Shown piece after piece: positions 15,615-26,293 of a DNA stretch of 32,000 bases. Numbering within the stretch: position 1 is the stretch's first letter; every line of letters begins with the position of its first letter. The notes under the pieces were generated by a model. The model saw only the letters and a list, made by a program, of their open reading frames with translations, did no database searches and was not told the origin of the DNA. The translations under genes and the position numbers were made by a program. Origin of the DNA: Candidatus Saccharimonas aalborgensis (GTDB lineage Bacteria; Patescibacteriota; Saccharimonadia; Saccharimonadales; Saccharimonadaceae); assembly GCF_000392435.1 (NCBI RefSeq), contig NC_021219.1, positions 570,001-602,000 of the forward strand. Direction: 5' to 3'.

Positions 15615-16850
15615 ATGGGATTGCAGGTACGTCAACAGTCGCGCAAACTGGCAGGGATAGCTCTATCCACACTTGTTGGATTGGTTGTCCTTGCTGTACT
15701 TTGGTTATGGCTAAGTGCTTCATGGCCCCAACGTTCGACACAGCTATCGTCGAGTCATGATATCCCATCACCTCAGGCAGCCACACCGGTCGGCTTTAGT
15801 AATAGGACACTGCACATGGGTGATGTGTTTTGGGGTCGATACATCAATGATTGGTCAATGAAATCACCTCAAAAATATGCCTATCCGTTTTCGCGGCTGA
15901 ACGAATTCCACCGCGAACAGTATGATGCATGGGTAGGCAATCTGGAGTGTCCCTCTGTCGATGGGGTTCACATGACCTCGGCACAGATGGAGGCGACTCT
16001 GACATTCAATTGTGATCCTGCCTACCTTCCCGAAGCCGCAAAATGGTTTACGATGTTTTCGAACGCCAATAATCATAGCGATAATCAAGGGGCACAGGCT
16101 GGTCTTGATGCGACGCGTGCCAATCTCGAAAAAAACCACTTACAATACTTCGGACACTTCAACCCAGAGAAGCTCGAAGATGTCTGTGAAGTTATTGCGA
16201 TGCCGGTAAAAGTTACGATGAGTGACGGTTCGGTTCAGAGTGGCGCCCTACCGATGGCGTACTGTGGGTTTCACGGTGTTTTTCGCATACCATCTCAAGA
16301 GTCCTTGAGCCAAATGGAGCGCTACAGCCAGTATATGCCGGTCATCGCGTATCCTCACTCAGGCCAAGAGTACAAGCCTGGTCCTGACGAAATAAAAACT
16401 ACCCTCTATCGAAGCATGATTGATCATGGCGCTGATGCGGTCATCGGCGATCATCCGCACTGGGTTCAATCCACAGAAGTCTATAAAGGGCATCTCATCG
16501 TCTATTCGATGGGTAATTTCCTGTTTGATCAACAAGATACTAGAGAGGTAACACGCTCTGCGGCCATCGAGATGAATCTCGCGATGACCCCAGGAGCAGA
16601 TGTGAGCCAGTTGCAGCAGTGGCTAGCGATAGGCAAGACATGCAACTCCTTTCACGACGATTGTTTAGCACAAATCAAAGCGAAAGGACTCAAAAAACTT
16701 GCGATTACCTATGATTTTTCGGTTGTCGGGTCCGATGGGAGCGGCAAGATTGTTAAGCCTGCAGATGCGACACTCCAACGGAGTATTCTCCAACGGCTCA
16801 ACTGGTCAGCGACGGTGCGCGATCTTAAGGTCCCGTACAAAGCACATTAG
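15615..16850 (+). CDS. CapA-like (poly-gamma-glutamate synthesis type) metallophosphatase-fold protein, membrane anchored
   Basis: N-terminal TM; TLHMGDVFWGRYIND; NANNHSDNQGAQAGLDATRANLE; HSGQEYKPGP; DHGADAVIGDHPHWVQSTEVYKGHLIVYSMGNFLFDQ. Confidence 0.88.
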   Translation: MGLQVRQQSRKLAGIALSTLVGLVVLAVLWLWLSASWPQRSTQLSSSHDIPSPQAATPVGFSNRTLHMGDVFWGRYINDWSMKSPQKYAYPFSRLNEFHREQYDAWVGNLECPSVDGVHMTSAQMEATLTFNCDPAYLPEAAKWFTMFSNANNHSDNQGAQAGLDATRANLEKNHLQYFGHFNPEKLEDVCEVIAMPVKVTMSDGSVQSGALPMAYCGFHGVFRIPSQESLSQMERYSQYMPVIAYPHSGQEYKPGPDEIKTTLYRSMIDHGADAVIGDHPHWVQSTEVYKGHLIVYSMGNFLFDQQDTREVTRSAAIEMNLAMTPGADVSQLQQWLAIGKTCNSFHDDCLAQIKAKGLKKLAITYDFSVVGSDGSGKIVKPADATLQRSILQRLNWSATVRDLKVPYKAH

Positions 16851-16924
16851 CCCGCAATAAGAAGACACAAGACTCGATCAGTATGTGATATGCTTCGATA
16901 AGAGACGCTGTTATACTTATACTC

Positions 16925-17482
16925 ATGACAAAACCTGCCTTTAAACCGAAACGCATTCTCTGGGTGGATATGGAGATGACTGGACTGGATCCGGTGAATG
17001 ATTATCCGCTCGAAATTGCGGCGATAGTGACTGATTGGGATTTCAAAGAGATTGCCACCTACGAGGGTGCAGCGCACTGGTGTAGTAAGCACGTACAGGC
17101 GCGCTTCGAAAAAAATAAGCAATTTTGGTACGAAGAAGCACCCTTGTCACGCGAGCAGCTGATGGCGCAAAACAAGGCGACCACAAAAACGAAGGCGGCT
17201 GTGGAGAGAGAACTCCTGGCGTTTATTGACGAGCATTGCGGTGATGGACCGGTACTGCTTGCTGGCAATTCGATCCACCAGGACCGGAAGTTTATCGATC
17301 AGTGGTGGCCAAAACTGGGCAAACGACTACATTATCGTATGCTTGATGTCAGCGCTTGGAAAGTTGTGATGGAAGGGAAGTACAGTAAGAAATTTGCCAA
17401 ACCCGAAGCTCATCGGGCTCTTGAGGATATACGCGGAAGTATAGAGGAGCTTACCTACTACCTGACGAAGGTAAAGGGCTGA
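16925..17482 (+). CDS. orn: Oligoribonuclease (DEDDh exonuclease)
   Basis: ILWVDMEMTGLDP, LLAGNSIHQDRKFIDQWWPKL, HYRMLDVSAWK, HRALEDIRGSIEEL. Confidence 0.93.
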   Translation: MTKPAFKPKRILWVDMEMTGLDPVNDYPLEIAAIVTDWDFKEIATYEGAAHWCSKHVQARFEKNKQFWYEEAPLSREQLMAQNKATTKTKAAVERELLAFIDEHCGDGPVLLAGNSIHQDRKFIDQWWPKLGKRLHYRMLDVSAWKVVMEGKYSKKFAKPEAHRALEDIRGSIEELTYYLTKVKG

Positions 17483-17823
17483 TGGATCACAAAACGATCG
17501 AGGCATATTTGCTTAGTTTGCCTGGTGCGTGGCTTGATTACCCATTTGGCGAAGGTGTGGCGGTGTATAAGGTAGGTCATAACGATGTGCCTCGTCAGGA
17601 TGAAAAGATGTTTGCACTTATTTCGGAGGGCACGAAACCGCTACGAATAAGTCTGAAATGTGATCCGCAACTGGCAGTCCATTTACGGGAAAAATATGAA
17701 ACGGTCTTGCCGGGCTATCATCTCAATAAGAAGCACTGGAATACGATCATCTGCTCGGGTCAACTCAGCGATGATGAAATACGAGATCTTGCGTACCTCA
17801 GTTATCAGTTGGTAACAAAGTAG
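17482..17823 (+). CDS. YjbR/MmcQ-family protein
   Basis: SLPGAWLDYPFGEGVAVYKV, KMFALI, LRISLKCDPQLAVHLREKYETVLPGYHLNKKHWNTI. Confidence 0.85.
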   Translation: MDHKTIEAYLLSLPGAWLDYPFGEGVAVYKVGHNDVPRQDEKMFALISEGTKPLRISLKCDPQLAVHLREKYETVLPGYHLNKKHWNTIICSGQLSDDEIRDLAYLSYQLVTK

Positions 17824-18552
17824 TTATTTGGACGCCGAGAAATCGGAAAATTGTTTGCTGGCAACGTCGATTGAGGGGATAGAGCTCTCGTGAAAGGTTT
17901 TGATGGATTGACTGTTGGGGCTGATCGAGGTAAGTTTTTGGACCATACTTTTGAGGATAGCCAGTTGGTAAGCCATCTCACCGGCATAGGTGCGATCAAG
18001 CGTGCCAGTGAGGTAGGCATCGTTGAATTTGCCCGAAAGTGACGTTTGGTAAGCTTTTTCGGTGGTTGACTGGACAAGCGGTACGCTCTTTATACCCTGG
18101 GCTTTTTTGAGGTCATTGAGGCTACTCATCATACTAGTGAGTGTGGTGGAGAGAGTCGCGTTGACACTGACCAGTTCGTTTTGCTTGAGATGCTTCTGCT
18201 GTTCTGCAGTGACAGATTGTAGAGTTGCGATGCGGGCCTGGATGAGTTTTGTTTGTGACGAGACGTCGGGTCGGCCGCTCCCCGTCATTACTACCATGAG
18301 GAAAACACCGAGAGCGATGACGCCGGCAATCATGCCGAATACGGCGAAGCGGTTGATGGTTTTTTGCGGCATCGGTGGCGCAATTTGATTAAGATAATCG
18401 ACCGAGAATTGATTACCGGCGGCCGACGTCGTATCGGCGACGGCTTGGTATTGCTGCGCTGACGGAGGAGTTGCGGCCGGTCCAGAAAGAGGGGGCAGCC
18501 CACTCGGCTGAGGAGGGGGAAGTTGTTGGGGGCCGGGAGTCTGCGGATTCAT
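17824..18552 (-). CDS. Hypothetical single-pass membrane protein with Pro-rich N-terminus
   Basis: MNPQTPGPQQLPPPQPSGLPPL, then TM FAVFGMIAGVIALGVFLMVVMTG, then a helical exterior domain. Confidence 0.7.
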   Translation of the reverse strand: MNPQTPGPQQLPPPQPSGLPPLSGPAATPPSAQQYQAVADTTSAAGNQFSVDYLNQIAPPMPQKTINRFAVFGMIAGVIALGVFLMVVMTGSGRPDVSSQTKLIQARIATLQSVTAEQQKHLKQNELVSVNATLSTTLTSMMSSLNDLKKAQGIKSVPLVQSTTEKAYQTSLSGKFNDAYLTGTLDRTYAGEMAYQLAILKSMVQKLTSISPNSQSIKTFHESSIPSIDVASKQFSDFSASK

Positions 18553-18605
18553 GTCCCCATTTAAGCACAAACAATTACAGAGGTAAAGGATGCTATAATG
18601 AGCAT

Positions 18606-20351
18606 ATGGATGCCAAAGAGGAGGTGCGGTCGAGAATCGCAATTGAGGACATCATCGGTGAGTATGTTCATCTCAAGCGGGCCGGGCGTAACTATAAGGG
18701 GCTTAGTCCGTTTAGCAGCGAAAAAACACCGAGTTTTTTTGTGAGCCCCGAAAAAAACATCTGGCATGATTTTAGCAGCAATAAAGGTGGTGATGTCTTT
18801 GCATTCGTCATGGAAGTGGAGGGCATGGATTTCCGTCAGGCGCTTGAGCACTTGGCGCGTAAAGCGGGTGTTGATTTGTCACTCTACGATTCATCAACAA
18901 GCCGTCAACTGAGCGAGCGCAAAAAGCGTCTCACCGAGGCAAACCGTCTGGCGGCCCAGTATTATCAGCATAGTTTGCTCCGTAACTCACACGCACTCAC
19001 CTATGTCACCGACGCGCGACAGCTTAGTCGTCAGACCGTCCAGGATTTTCAAATCGGCTACGCTCCCGATAGTGGCACGGCTCTCACGAGCTATCTGACA
19101 AAAAAGGGATTTACAAAAAAAGAGCTCAGTGACGCAGGACTTACAAATCGCTACGGCGGTGATCTTTTCCGCGGCCGAATGATGGTGCCATTGATGGATA
19201 GTACCGGGCAAGTAGTTGGGTTTACTGGTAGGATCATTATTCCCGATGACACTGCTCCCAAATATTTAAATACACCGCAAACACTGCTCTACGACAAGAG
19301 CCGACATGTCTTTGGGCTCAGTCAGGCAAAAGAAGCGATACGCACCAAGGGACACGTGGTTGTAGTGGAAGGTAACCTCGATGTCGTCAGTAGCCATCAG
19401 GCGGGCGTAAGACAGGTGGTGGCGACGGCTGGAACGGCGATGACCGAACATCATCTGAGGGCTCTCAAGCGACTAACACCCGACGTACGTGTAGCCTACG
19501 ATAGCGATAAAGCGGGAATTGCCGCAACCGAGCGGGCGATCGCGCTTGCGGCGAATCTCGAAATAGATCTCACGGTGATTAGCCTACCGGGGGGAGACAA
19601 AGACCCCGATGAGTTAGTGCGACGTGATGCTGGTGCCTGGCGACGGGTGATCGAGGAGCAGCAACCAGCTGTCGAGTGGGTGATTGATCAGTACAAAGCA
19701 CGTGTAGATATCGGCACAGCAGCGGGTAAGCGCTCGTTTACCACGGCGGCACTCGCAGTGGTGCGAACCTTAACTGATGCAGTGGAACGACAGCATTACG
19801 AGCAACTCATTGCTGAAGTTACCCATTCTTCCGTGGAGGCGATACATGAAAAACTGCAATCTGTCAGCGAGACTCCGTCAGCGCGTCGGGCTATTAAGGC
19901 TGAGATCAAGGAGTTGGTCTACGATGTGCATGCGTATGAGGATGACCTGCTGGCAGTTGCGTGCATCGACGCGCCAAGTCAGGAACTTTTTGCGCATTTT
20001 GATATCCGATTACTCCACACCGATGAGCGACAGCAAGTAGCGAACTTTTTTGCTCGGCACTACGGCAAAAGTCTGACTGATACGCCGAAAGAGTTGCAAA
20101 ACATCGACACGTATGTCAAAATACTTCTATTACGGGCCGACGCGCGTTATGCTGAGTGGGATACCAATGACCGCTACTTTGAAACAGCACGCTTGATCCG
20201 CCAAATTGAACAAGAACACAAGAAACAAACCCATGAACAACTCACCGCACAGCTTCGTAGTGCCGAAGATACTGGCGATGAGGTAATGGCAAACAAGTTG
20301 CGAGTAGCACTCAATGACTTGATAAAGGAGATAGCGCGTGGCAAACGATGA
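18606..20351 (+). CDS. dnaG: DNA primase DnaG, with degenerate N-terminal zinc-binding region
   Basis: [52 protein letters not shown]; [21 protein letters not shown] and [11 protein letters not shown]. Start placed at MDAKEEVRS. Confidence 0.92.
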   Translation: MDAKEEVRSRIAIEDIIGEYVHLKRAGRNYKGLSPFSSEKTPSFFVSPEKNIWHDFSSNKGGDVFAFVMEVEGMDFRQALEHLARKAGVDLSLYDSSTSRQLSERKKRLTEANRLAAQYYQHSLLRNSHALTYVTDARQLSRQTVQDFQIGYAPDSGTALTSYLTKKGFTKKELSDAGLTNRYGGDLFRGRMMVPLMDSTGQVVGFTGRIIIPDDTAPKYLNTPQTLLYDKSRHVFGLSQAKEAIRTKGHVVVVEGNLDVVSSHQAGVRQVVATAGTAMTEHHLRALKRLTPDVRVAYDSDKAGIAATERAIALAANLEIDLTVISLPGGDKDPDELVRRDAGAWRRVIEEQQPAVEWVIDQYKARVDIGTAAGKRSFTTAALAVVRTLTDAVERQHYEQLIAEVTHSSVEAIHEKLQSVSETPSARRAIKAEIKELVYDVHAYEDDLLAVACIDAPSQELFAHFDIRLLHTDERQQVANFFARHYGKSLTDTPKELQNIDTYVKILLLRADARYAEWDTNDRYFETARLIRQIEQEHKKQTHEQLTAQLRSAEDTGDEVMANKLRVALNDLIKEIARGKR

Positions 20352-21321
20352 TGACCAAGTAATAGACCAGCCCGAGGAAGAGCTAGTACAGCCGGATTTC
20401 GAAGAACCGGCTCTTGATGAACTACTCGATGAAGAAGAGGACACACCCGAGGACGTCCTAAATTCCGGTCAGTATTTTGACGATATATCTGACGACTCAG
20501 TACGACTCCACCTACGTGAAATTGGAAAAATTCCGCTCCTCAATGCCCAAGAAGAGCTGGAACTTGCGCAGCGTGTTGTCGCAGGTGACAAGAAGGCAAA
20601 AGATAAGATGGCTGAGGCAAATATGCGTCTCGTTGTCTCTATTGCGAAGCGCTATAGTGGGCGAGGTCTTGATTTCCTCGACCTTATCCAAGAAGGCCAT
20701 ACCGGGTTACTGCGCGCTGTTGAAAAATTTGATCCTGATAAGGGTTTTAAGTTTAGTACCTACGCGACGTGGTGGATCCGGCAAGCGATTACTCGTGCTA
20801 TTGCTGATCAGGCGCGGACGATTCGTATCCCTGTGCACATGGTAGAGACAATCAACAAGCTCCTCCGTACGCAGCGGCGGATGACTCAGGAATTAAACCG
20901 TGAGCCAACCATTGACGAGCTTGCCAAAGAGCTTGAGATGGAGCCAGAAAAAGTTGAGTATGTCATCAAAATCAAACAAGACATCTCGAGCCTTGATGCC
21001 GGTGTTGGCCGCGATGGTGAAGACGAAGATTCGGTGCTTGGTGATTTCATTGAGGACGAAGACAGTACGACTCCCGAAGAATCAGCCTCGAACCAATTAC
21101 TTAAAGAGCAGGTTCAAGGTGTTCTCTCGACACTTAGTGAACGTGAACAAAAGATTATCAAGATGCGATTTGGCCTCGAGAATGGCAAAAGTCATACACT
21201 TGAGGAAGTAGGCCAGGAGTTCGCCGTCACGCGCGAGCGAATCCGACAAATTGAAGCGAAGGCCCTAGCGAAACTCCGTAAGCACAAGGATGCAAAGAAG
21301 CTCTACGAGTATCTCCAGTAG
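20338..21321 (+). CDS. rpoD: Primary sigma factor (sigma-70/RpoD)
   Basis: [76 protein letters not shown]; region 4 [23 protein letters not shown]. Overlaps dnaG by 14 nt; GTG start. Confidence 0.96.
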   Translation: MANDDDQVIDQPEEELVQPDFEEPALDELLDEEEDTPEDVLNSGQYFDDISDDSVRLHLREIGKIPLLNAQEELELAQRVVAGDKKAKDKMAEANMRLVVSIAKRYSGRGLDFLDLIQEGHTGLLRAVEKFDPDKGFKFSTYATWWIRQAITRAIADQARTIRIPVHMVETINKLLRTQRRMTQELNREPTIDELAKELEMEPEKVEYVIKIKQDISSLDAGVGRDGEDEDSVLGDFIEDEDSTTPEESASNQLLKEQVQGVLSTLSEREQKIIKMRFGLENGKSHTLEEVGQEFAVTRERIRQIEAKALAKLRKHKDAKKLYEYLQ

Positions 21322-21327
21322 AGGCTG

Positions 21328-21897
21328 TTAGAACTCGACCGCCTGCATGATAGCATCGAGTTCGTCGTGTAATTTGTCGAGGTCACCGTCGTTGTGAATG
21401 AAGTAATCGGCAATGGCGATTGGTCCACCTTTTTCGAGGTTCTCGATTTCGGCCCAATCTCGCTCAGTTGCCTCCTCGCCGGTAAGTGGTCGAATAGGAC
21501 GTGTCGTTAAGCGGTGGTGTCGAGTATGTTTTGGGGCAACAATAGCCACCACAACAAGTTCACCGGGGAACTCATGCTTCATTGCTTTGTACTCTGTCCA
21601 GCTGTAAATGCCATCAGCAACAATGTGATGCTGGCCCGCGTCCATGAGGTCGTGAATTTGCTTAATGATACGCTTTACAACGAAGTCTTTTCCTTCGCGC
21701 TCACGAATTCCTTCGCGGAATTGTTTCTCGTTCGCCTCTGTCCATTCGATGCCGGCGTCTTTCATGGCTCCAAGCACCACGCCACCAAAATAGACCTTCG
21801 GGTAGCCTTTTTCGCAGACATATTCGACTGCTTCTGATTTGCCGCTGCCAGTAAGGCCGACAAACGCCAGTATCTTTCCTTGTTCTCGTTCACTCAT
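21328..21897 (-). CDS. P-loop nucleoside/CoA kinase-like protein
   Basis: Walker A-type GLTGSGKSEAVEYV; overall resembles dephospho-CoA kinase-like NTPases. Confidence 0.7.
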   Translation of the reverse strand: MSEREQGKILAFVGLTGSGKSEAVEYVCEKGYPKVYFGGVVLGAMKDAGIEWTEANEKQFREGIREREGKDFVVKRIIKQIHDLMDAGQHHIVADGIYSWTEYKAMKHEFPGELVVVAIVAPKHTRHHRLTTRPIRPLTGEEATERDWAEIENLEKGGPIAIADYFIHNDGDLDKLHDELDAIMQAVEF

Positions 21898-21924
21898 ATC
21901 ACTAGTGTAGCGTATAATGAGTCT

Positions 21925-24459
21925 ATGACGAAGCGGCTGGTGATTATCGATGGCAAGAGTGTGTTTTATCGTGGCTACTATGCGATGCCAAACCTCTCGA
22001 CTGCCGACGGCACGCCGACGGGTGGTGTGTATGGTTTTGCGGCGCTGGCGCTCGAGCTATTTAAGAAGCTCAAACCCGACTATGTATGCGTCGCTTGGGA
22101 TAAGCCTAAGACCAATATCCGCAAACGGCTTGAGATTTACCCTGAGTACAAGGCGGGGCGCAAGCCAGCACCGGCGGATTTTTATGCGCAGATTCCGATC
22201 TTGCATGAGCTATTGCAAGCCTTTGGTTGGCCGCTGTATGAGCTCGACGACTATGAAGCAGACGATATCATGGCGACGCTGGCAAAAAAAGCCAGCGACA
22301 AAGGCATAGAGACCTGTCTCATCACCAGTGATCTGGATGCCCTGCAGGCAATCAATCCGCTGGTTCATGTCTATGCGCTCAAAAAAGGTCTGACCAATAT
22401 TGATCTCTTCAAGCCCGAAAGTTTCACCGAGAAATATGGCATCCGTGTCGATCAGTTCCTCGACCTCAAGGCGCTCAAGGGCGATAGCAGTGATAATATT
22501 CCTGGCGCGCCCGGCATCGGCGAAAAAACGGCCATCCAACTCCTCCAGCAGTTCGATACAATCGATAATCTCTACGAAAACCTCTGGCAAGTCAAAGATA
22601 GTCTGCGGCGCAAGCTCGAAGATGGTCGTGAGCTAGTCGAAATGAGCAAAAAAGTTGCCGAGCTGTGGTTTGATGCGCCTGTCGAGCTTAACCTGGACGA
22701 TATGAATGCTCATGACCTCGACACCGCGGCATTAAAAGAATTACTCACGCATCTTGAGTTTCGTAGTTTGCTACGCAACCTGCCTGAACACATGCGTGAT
22801 ACACCCGCAGCAAAAGCGGGGATGACCGAGCTAGCACAAGTTGAATCTGCAGAGGAACTTTCCCCAAGCCATGCACGTGCCGTACTGATGATGGCGCGCG
22901 AGCTCATTGTATGGCCCGATGGGGATGAAGTGTGGTTGAGCCACGAGCGAGGTAGGGCCGCTCGCTTGCCTCGGCTCGAAGCTGCAGAGATACTCGAGCA
23001 GGTGGCGATGGTGGGGCACGATAGCAAGCTATTTCTCAAACAGTTACTGGGCGATGGTGTGACAGTATTGCCGGAGATTCACCACGATACTGCGCAGGGA
23101 TCGTTCTTGCTCAACCCGCTCCGCAAGAGTCGCGAGCTGGCCGATCTTGTGGGCATGGAAGCAATCGACGACCCAAAGTTGGCTATTAGTGCGATTTGGG
23201 CACTCTACGATGAGCAGGGTCAGGCACTTGATGCACTACCCGAATTGGCACATGTGGCGCGGACGATGGATTTTCCGCTGATACCCGTACTTGCACGCAT
23301 GGAGCACCGAGGGATACGACTTGACACAGCAAAACTCGCTGAAATGAACACAACTCTTACGACTGATATCACGGTAATCGAAGCAAAAATGTATGAGATA
23401 GCAGGAGGTGAGTTCAATATCGCTAGTCCAGCGCAACTCGCAGAAGTGCTGTATACAAAATTGGGCCTGTCAACTTTTGGTATAAAGAAAGGCAAGACAG
23501 GGTATAGTACGGGTCAGAAAGAACTCGATAAGCTACGAGGCCAACATCCAATCATTGAGTTAATTGAGCAGTTCCGTGAGCTCACTAAGTTGCAAAATAC
23601 CTACGTGCAGACGTTGCCACAGCAGGTAGATGAATGCGGTCGTATTCATACAACGTTTAATCAAGACGTAGCCGCAACGGGCCGACTGTCGAGCACTGAC
23701 CCGAATCTGCAAAACATCCCAATCCGCACCGAGCGGGGCCGCCAGATCAGAGACGCATTTGTGCCCGAGAAGGGAAATGTATTTGTGAGCGCCGACTATT
23801 CGCAGTTTGAACTACGGCTTGCGGCAGTGTTGTCGGGCGACGAAAAGATGATCAATGATTTCAATGCCGGCACCGACATTCATGCTAAGACGGCGAGCGA
23901 AGTATATCATGTCCCACTCGACAACGTTACAAAAGACCAGCGTCGTGCAGCGAAAGTAGTCAACTTTGGCGTGCTCTATGGTATGAGTCAGCACGGTCTG
24001 GCTGCGGCTGCGGGTATGACATACGTCGATGCCCAAAAGTTTATCGACGAGTATTTCCGGGTGCGGCCAAACATCCGTAAATACATTGACGACACGATCA
24101 AAAAAGCGCACGATGATGGATTTGTGGAGACGCTGTTTGGGCGGCGGCGCTGGACACCTGATGTCAAGTCGAGTAATTTTGTTGTTCGTTCTGCCGCTGA
24201 GCGAGCTGCAGCAAATATGCCGATACAGGGTACCGAGGCTGATCTTATGAAGATGGCAATGCTTGAGGTTGACAAAAGGCTTCAGGGTCAAGGCGAGCAA
24301 CTCTTGCAGATTCACGACAGTATCCTCATAGAGTGTCCCAAAGAAAACGCCGAACGAATCTCAGAAATGCTCGTCGAGACCATGGAACATATCTATCCCA
24401 AACTCGGCGTGCGGCTGCAAGTCGACGTACATACTGGTAATAATTGGGGAGAGGTGTAG
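21925..24459 (+). CDS. polA: DNA polymerase I
   Basis: 5'-3' exonuclease domain (LVIIDGKSVFYRGYYAM, GDSSDNIPGAPGIGEKTA), family A polymerase motifs (FVSADYSQFELRLAAVLSGD, RRAAKVVNFGVLYGMSQHGL, LLQIHDSILIECP). Confidence 0.97.
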   Translation: MTKRLVIIDGKSVFYRGYYAMPNLSTADGTPTGGVYGFAALALELFKKLKPDYVCVAWDKPKTNIRKRLEIYPEYKAGRKPAPADFYAQIPILHELLQAFGWPLYELDDYEADDIMATLAKKASDKGIETCLITSDLDALQAINPLVHVYALKKGLTNIDLFKPESFTEKYGIRVDQFLDLKALKGDSSDNIPGAPGIGEKTAIQLLQQFDTIDNLYENLWQVKDSLRRKLEDGRELVEMSKKVAELWFDAPVELNLDDMNAHDLDTAALKELLTHLEFRSLLRNLPEHMRDTPAAKAGMTELAQVESAEELSPSHARAVLMMARELIVWPDGDEVWLSHERGRAARLPRLEAAEILEQVAMVGHDSKLFLKQLLGDGVTVLPEIHHDTAQGSFLLNPLRKSRELADLVGMEAIDDPKLAISAIWALYDEQGQALDALPELAHVARTMDFPLIPVLARMEHRGIRLDTAKLAEMNTTLTTDITVIEAKMYEIAGGEFNIASPAQLAEVLYTKLGLSTFGIKKGKTGYSTGQKELDKLRGQHPIIELIEQFRELTKLQNTYVQTLPQQVDECGRIHTTFNQDVAATGRLSSTDPNLQNIPIRTERGRQIRDAFVPEKGNVFVSADYSQFELRLAAVLSGDEKMINDFNAGTDIHAKTASEVYHVPLDNVTKDQRRAAKVVNFGVLYGMSQHGLAAAAGMTYVDAQKFIDEYFRVRPNIRKYIDDTIKKAHDDGFVETLFGRRRWTPDVKSSNFVVRSAAERAAANMPIQGTEADLMKMAMLEVDKRLQGQGEQLLQIHDSILIECPKENAERISEMLVETMEHIYPKLGVRLQVDVHTGNNWGEV

Positions 24460-25119
24460 ATGAGAGACCGTGAACCAATCGAAAAAATTAGTGTTCCAAG
24501 ACTAGATCTCATTGATCCCGTCGAGCATGCCGGATTTCTCAACTCTAGATCAGCAGAAGTGGCTGAGGAGGAAGTTAGTTCAAAGGAAATCCAATGGATT
24601 ATCGACGAAATGCTTCGGATGGCCGCAGGAAAGGGAAAAGACGGCGAAGATACGCGCCAAATGGTGGGACTTGCTGCACCACAAGTGGGTCAGAGTAAAC
24701 GAATTATCACTATCGACGTAACTGCGACAGGAGCGAACCAAGAGCAACATCTTTTGCCCATTATTAATCCCCGTATATCTATGCATGGTGAAAAGCAGGT
24801 TGATGGTCGTGAAGGCTGTTGGTCATGCGCAAATTATTGTGCAAATGTACCGCGGTTTGATCACATCGAGCTAGAAGGCTGGGACCGTAATGGTGCGCCG
24901 ATTCAACTTACTCTCGATGGGTTTGTGGCACGTATCGCACAACACGAAGTAGATCATCTCGACGGGATTCGTTGTATTGATCGTGTTCCGGAGGACCAAC
25001 CATGGAGGCTACACCGCGTACTGCCGAGCGAGTTCGAACGCTATAGGAAAGAGTGGCCACACTGGCAGGCCACATTCCCACGCGAAGAGTGGGATGTGTT
25101 TCGAGGGGGCAAACGCTAA
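24460..25119 (+). CDS. def: Peptide deformylase
   Basis: GLAAPQVG (motif 1), EGCWSC (motif 2 variant of EGCLS), QHEVDHLDG (motif 3 HExxH). SD gaggtg. Confidence 0.9.
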   Translation: MRDREPIEKISVPRLDLIDPVEHAGFLNSRSAEVAEEEVSSKEIQWIIDEMLRMAAGKGKDGEDTRQMVGLAAPQVGQSKRIITIDVTATGANQEQHLLPIINPRISMHGEKQVDGREGCWSCANYCANVPRFDHIELEGWDRNGAPIQLTLDGFVARIAQHEVDHLDGIRCIDRVPEDQPWRLHRVLPSEFERYRKEWPHWQATFPREEWDVFRGGKR

Positions 25120-25448
25120 TTTGTCCAAGTGCGGGTGCTGTTGATCGCCTCTTTGTCGCGAAAGGCCTGCTCGATATCGACGCCGAGACGGTTTGCGATA
25201 CTGAGGAGGAGTGAGAAGACATCTGAAACTTCATGGGCGGCGTTATCATCATGCTGTTTGTTTGCATCCATTCGCATGATGTCATCGTCCTTGCGGATAC
25301 ATTTTGCTAATTCGCCAACTTCTTCGACGAGTAACATAAACGAATGGAGGATGGTCTCGTCGCTAAATCCTCTTTCATGCTCCATCTGCTCAACATAGCG
25401 CTGAAAGTCGGCAAGTGTAGGATGCTCGGGGAGTGTAAGTGTGTTCAT
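25116..25448 (-). CDS. MazG-like nucleotide pyrophosphohydrolase
   Basis: [15 protein letters not shown] and [31 protein letters not shown] (EExxE...ExxD MazG metal motifs). True start at [10 protein letters not shown] rather than the ORF-track start. Confidence 0.87.
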   Translation of the reverse strand: MNTLTLPEHPTLADFQRYVEQMEHERGFSDETILHSFMLLVEEVGELAKCIRKDDDIMRMDANKQHDDNAAHEVSDVFSLLLSIANRLGVDIEQAFRDKEAINSTRTWTN

Positions 25449-25454
25449 GGCTCT

Positions 25455-25462
25455 AGTATAAT
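25455..25462 (+). promoter_or_regulatory. Overlapping divergent -10 elements of mazG (TATACT, minus) and dut (TATAAT, plus)
   Basis: agtataat: plus TATAAT at 25457-25462, minus TATACT at 25460-25455; each ends 6-7 nt before the respective start codon. Confidence 0.6.
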
Positions 25463-25469
25463 GGATAAA

Positions 25470-25913
25470 ATGATGAAGATCAGTATCAAAAGGTTGCGCG
25501 GCGATGCTCCGTACCCTGCGTATCAAACTGAGCATGCGGCAGGTATGGATATCGTGGCCTGCCTCGATAAGCCGGTAGAAATCGTGCCGCATGAGCGGAG
25601 CATTATCCCCACAGGATTTGCTATCGCACTTCCACCAGGGTACGAGGCACAGATTCGTGCACGCAGCGGATTGGCAGCAAAACATGGTATTATGCCAGCA
25701 AATGGTGTCGGGACAATTGATGCCGATTATCGTGGTGAGGTAGGGGTGATCTTGCTCAACACCAGCAACACATCGTTTGTTATTGAGCCTGGGATGCGTA
25801 TCGCACAAATGGTCATCACGCGCTATGAAACAGTAGAATGGAATGAAGTTACTGAGCTCGATACGACGACACGTGGCGCAGGGGGGTTTGGTAGTACGGG
25901 GACAAAAAAATGA
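25470..25913 (+). CDS. dut: Deoxyuridine 5'-triphosphate nucleotidohydrolase
   Basis: [55 protein letters not shown] (dUTPase motifs 1-5). Start at 25470 or 25473. Confidence 0.95.
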   Translation: MMKISIKRLRGDAPYPAYQTEHAAGMDIVACLDKPVEIVPHERSIIPTGFAIALPPGYEAQIRARSGLAAKHGIMPANGVGTIDADYRGEVGVILLNTSNTSFVIEPGMRIAQMVITRYETVEWNEVTELDTTTRGAGGFGSTGTKK

Positions 25914-26290
25914 CAAGTGACGGCCCCCTCGTAAAAGTAAAGTCCCTGCTCAAAGAAGCGAAACATATGTGTATCGCCGTAGTCACTGACGACGGTTCTC
26001 CGTGGGTAGTTCCAGTAGTGATTCGGCACCATCGAGGCGCGAAACTGTCGTGGGTATCAAGTGTGCGGACTGTTCATTCGCGGGCGATAGAGCGGGAACC
26101 GCGCATTGCCATTACTATTTTTCTCACACAGCATGATGAGTGGAAGGAAGTTGGGTTTTATGCGACAGCAATCGCAAAAAAAGGCATACCTATGCCCGGA
26201 GGCTATGCAACCTACACGGCGACCATCGAGCGAGCCTGGTATAATGGGCAAGAGCACAAAAAAACCGAAATAGCTATTGAGAATTTATAA
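25910..26290 (+). CDS. Pyridoxamine 5'-phosphate oxidase-like FMN-binding split-barrel protein
   Basis: [52 protein letters not shown]; start overlaps the dut stop (ATGA). Confidence 0.75.
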   Translation: MTSDGPLVKVKSLLKEAKHMCIAVVTDDGSPWVVPVVIRHHRGAKLSWVSSVRTVHSRAIEREPRIAITIFLTQHDEWKEVGFYATAIAKKGIPMPGGYATYTATIERAWYNGQEHKKTEIAIENL

Positions 26291-26293
26291 CAA

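Noticed and set aside
18471-18605. N-terminal extension of dnaG in the ORF track (MRPVQKEGAAHSAEEG...)
   Set aside because: Overlaps the divergent membrane-protein gene and the TATAAT box at 18594-18599; the dnaG-like sequence starts at MDAKEEVRS.
23812-24315. 167-aa antisense ORF over polA
   Set aside because: Lies antisense to conserved polymerase motifs; no domain and no SD or promoter. Likely a by-product of codon usage.
25449-25916. N-terminal 155-aa Cys-rich extension of the MazG ORF
   Set aside because: Antisense to dut; MazG homology and promoter placement support the start at 25448. The Cys richness is a shadow-frame artefact.
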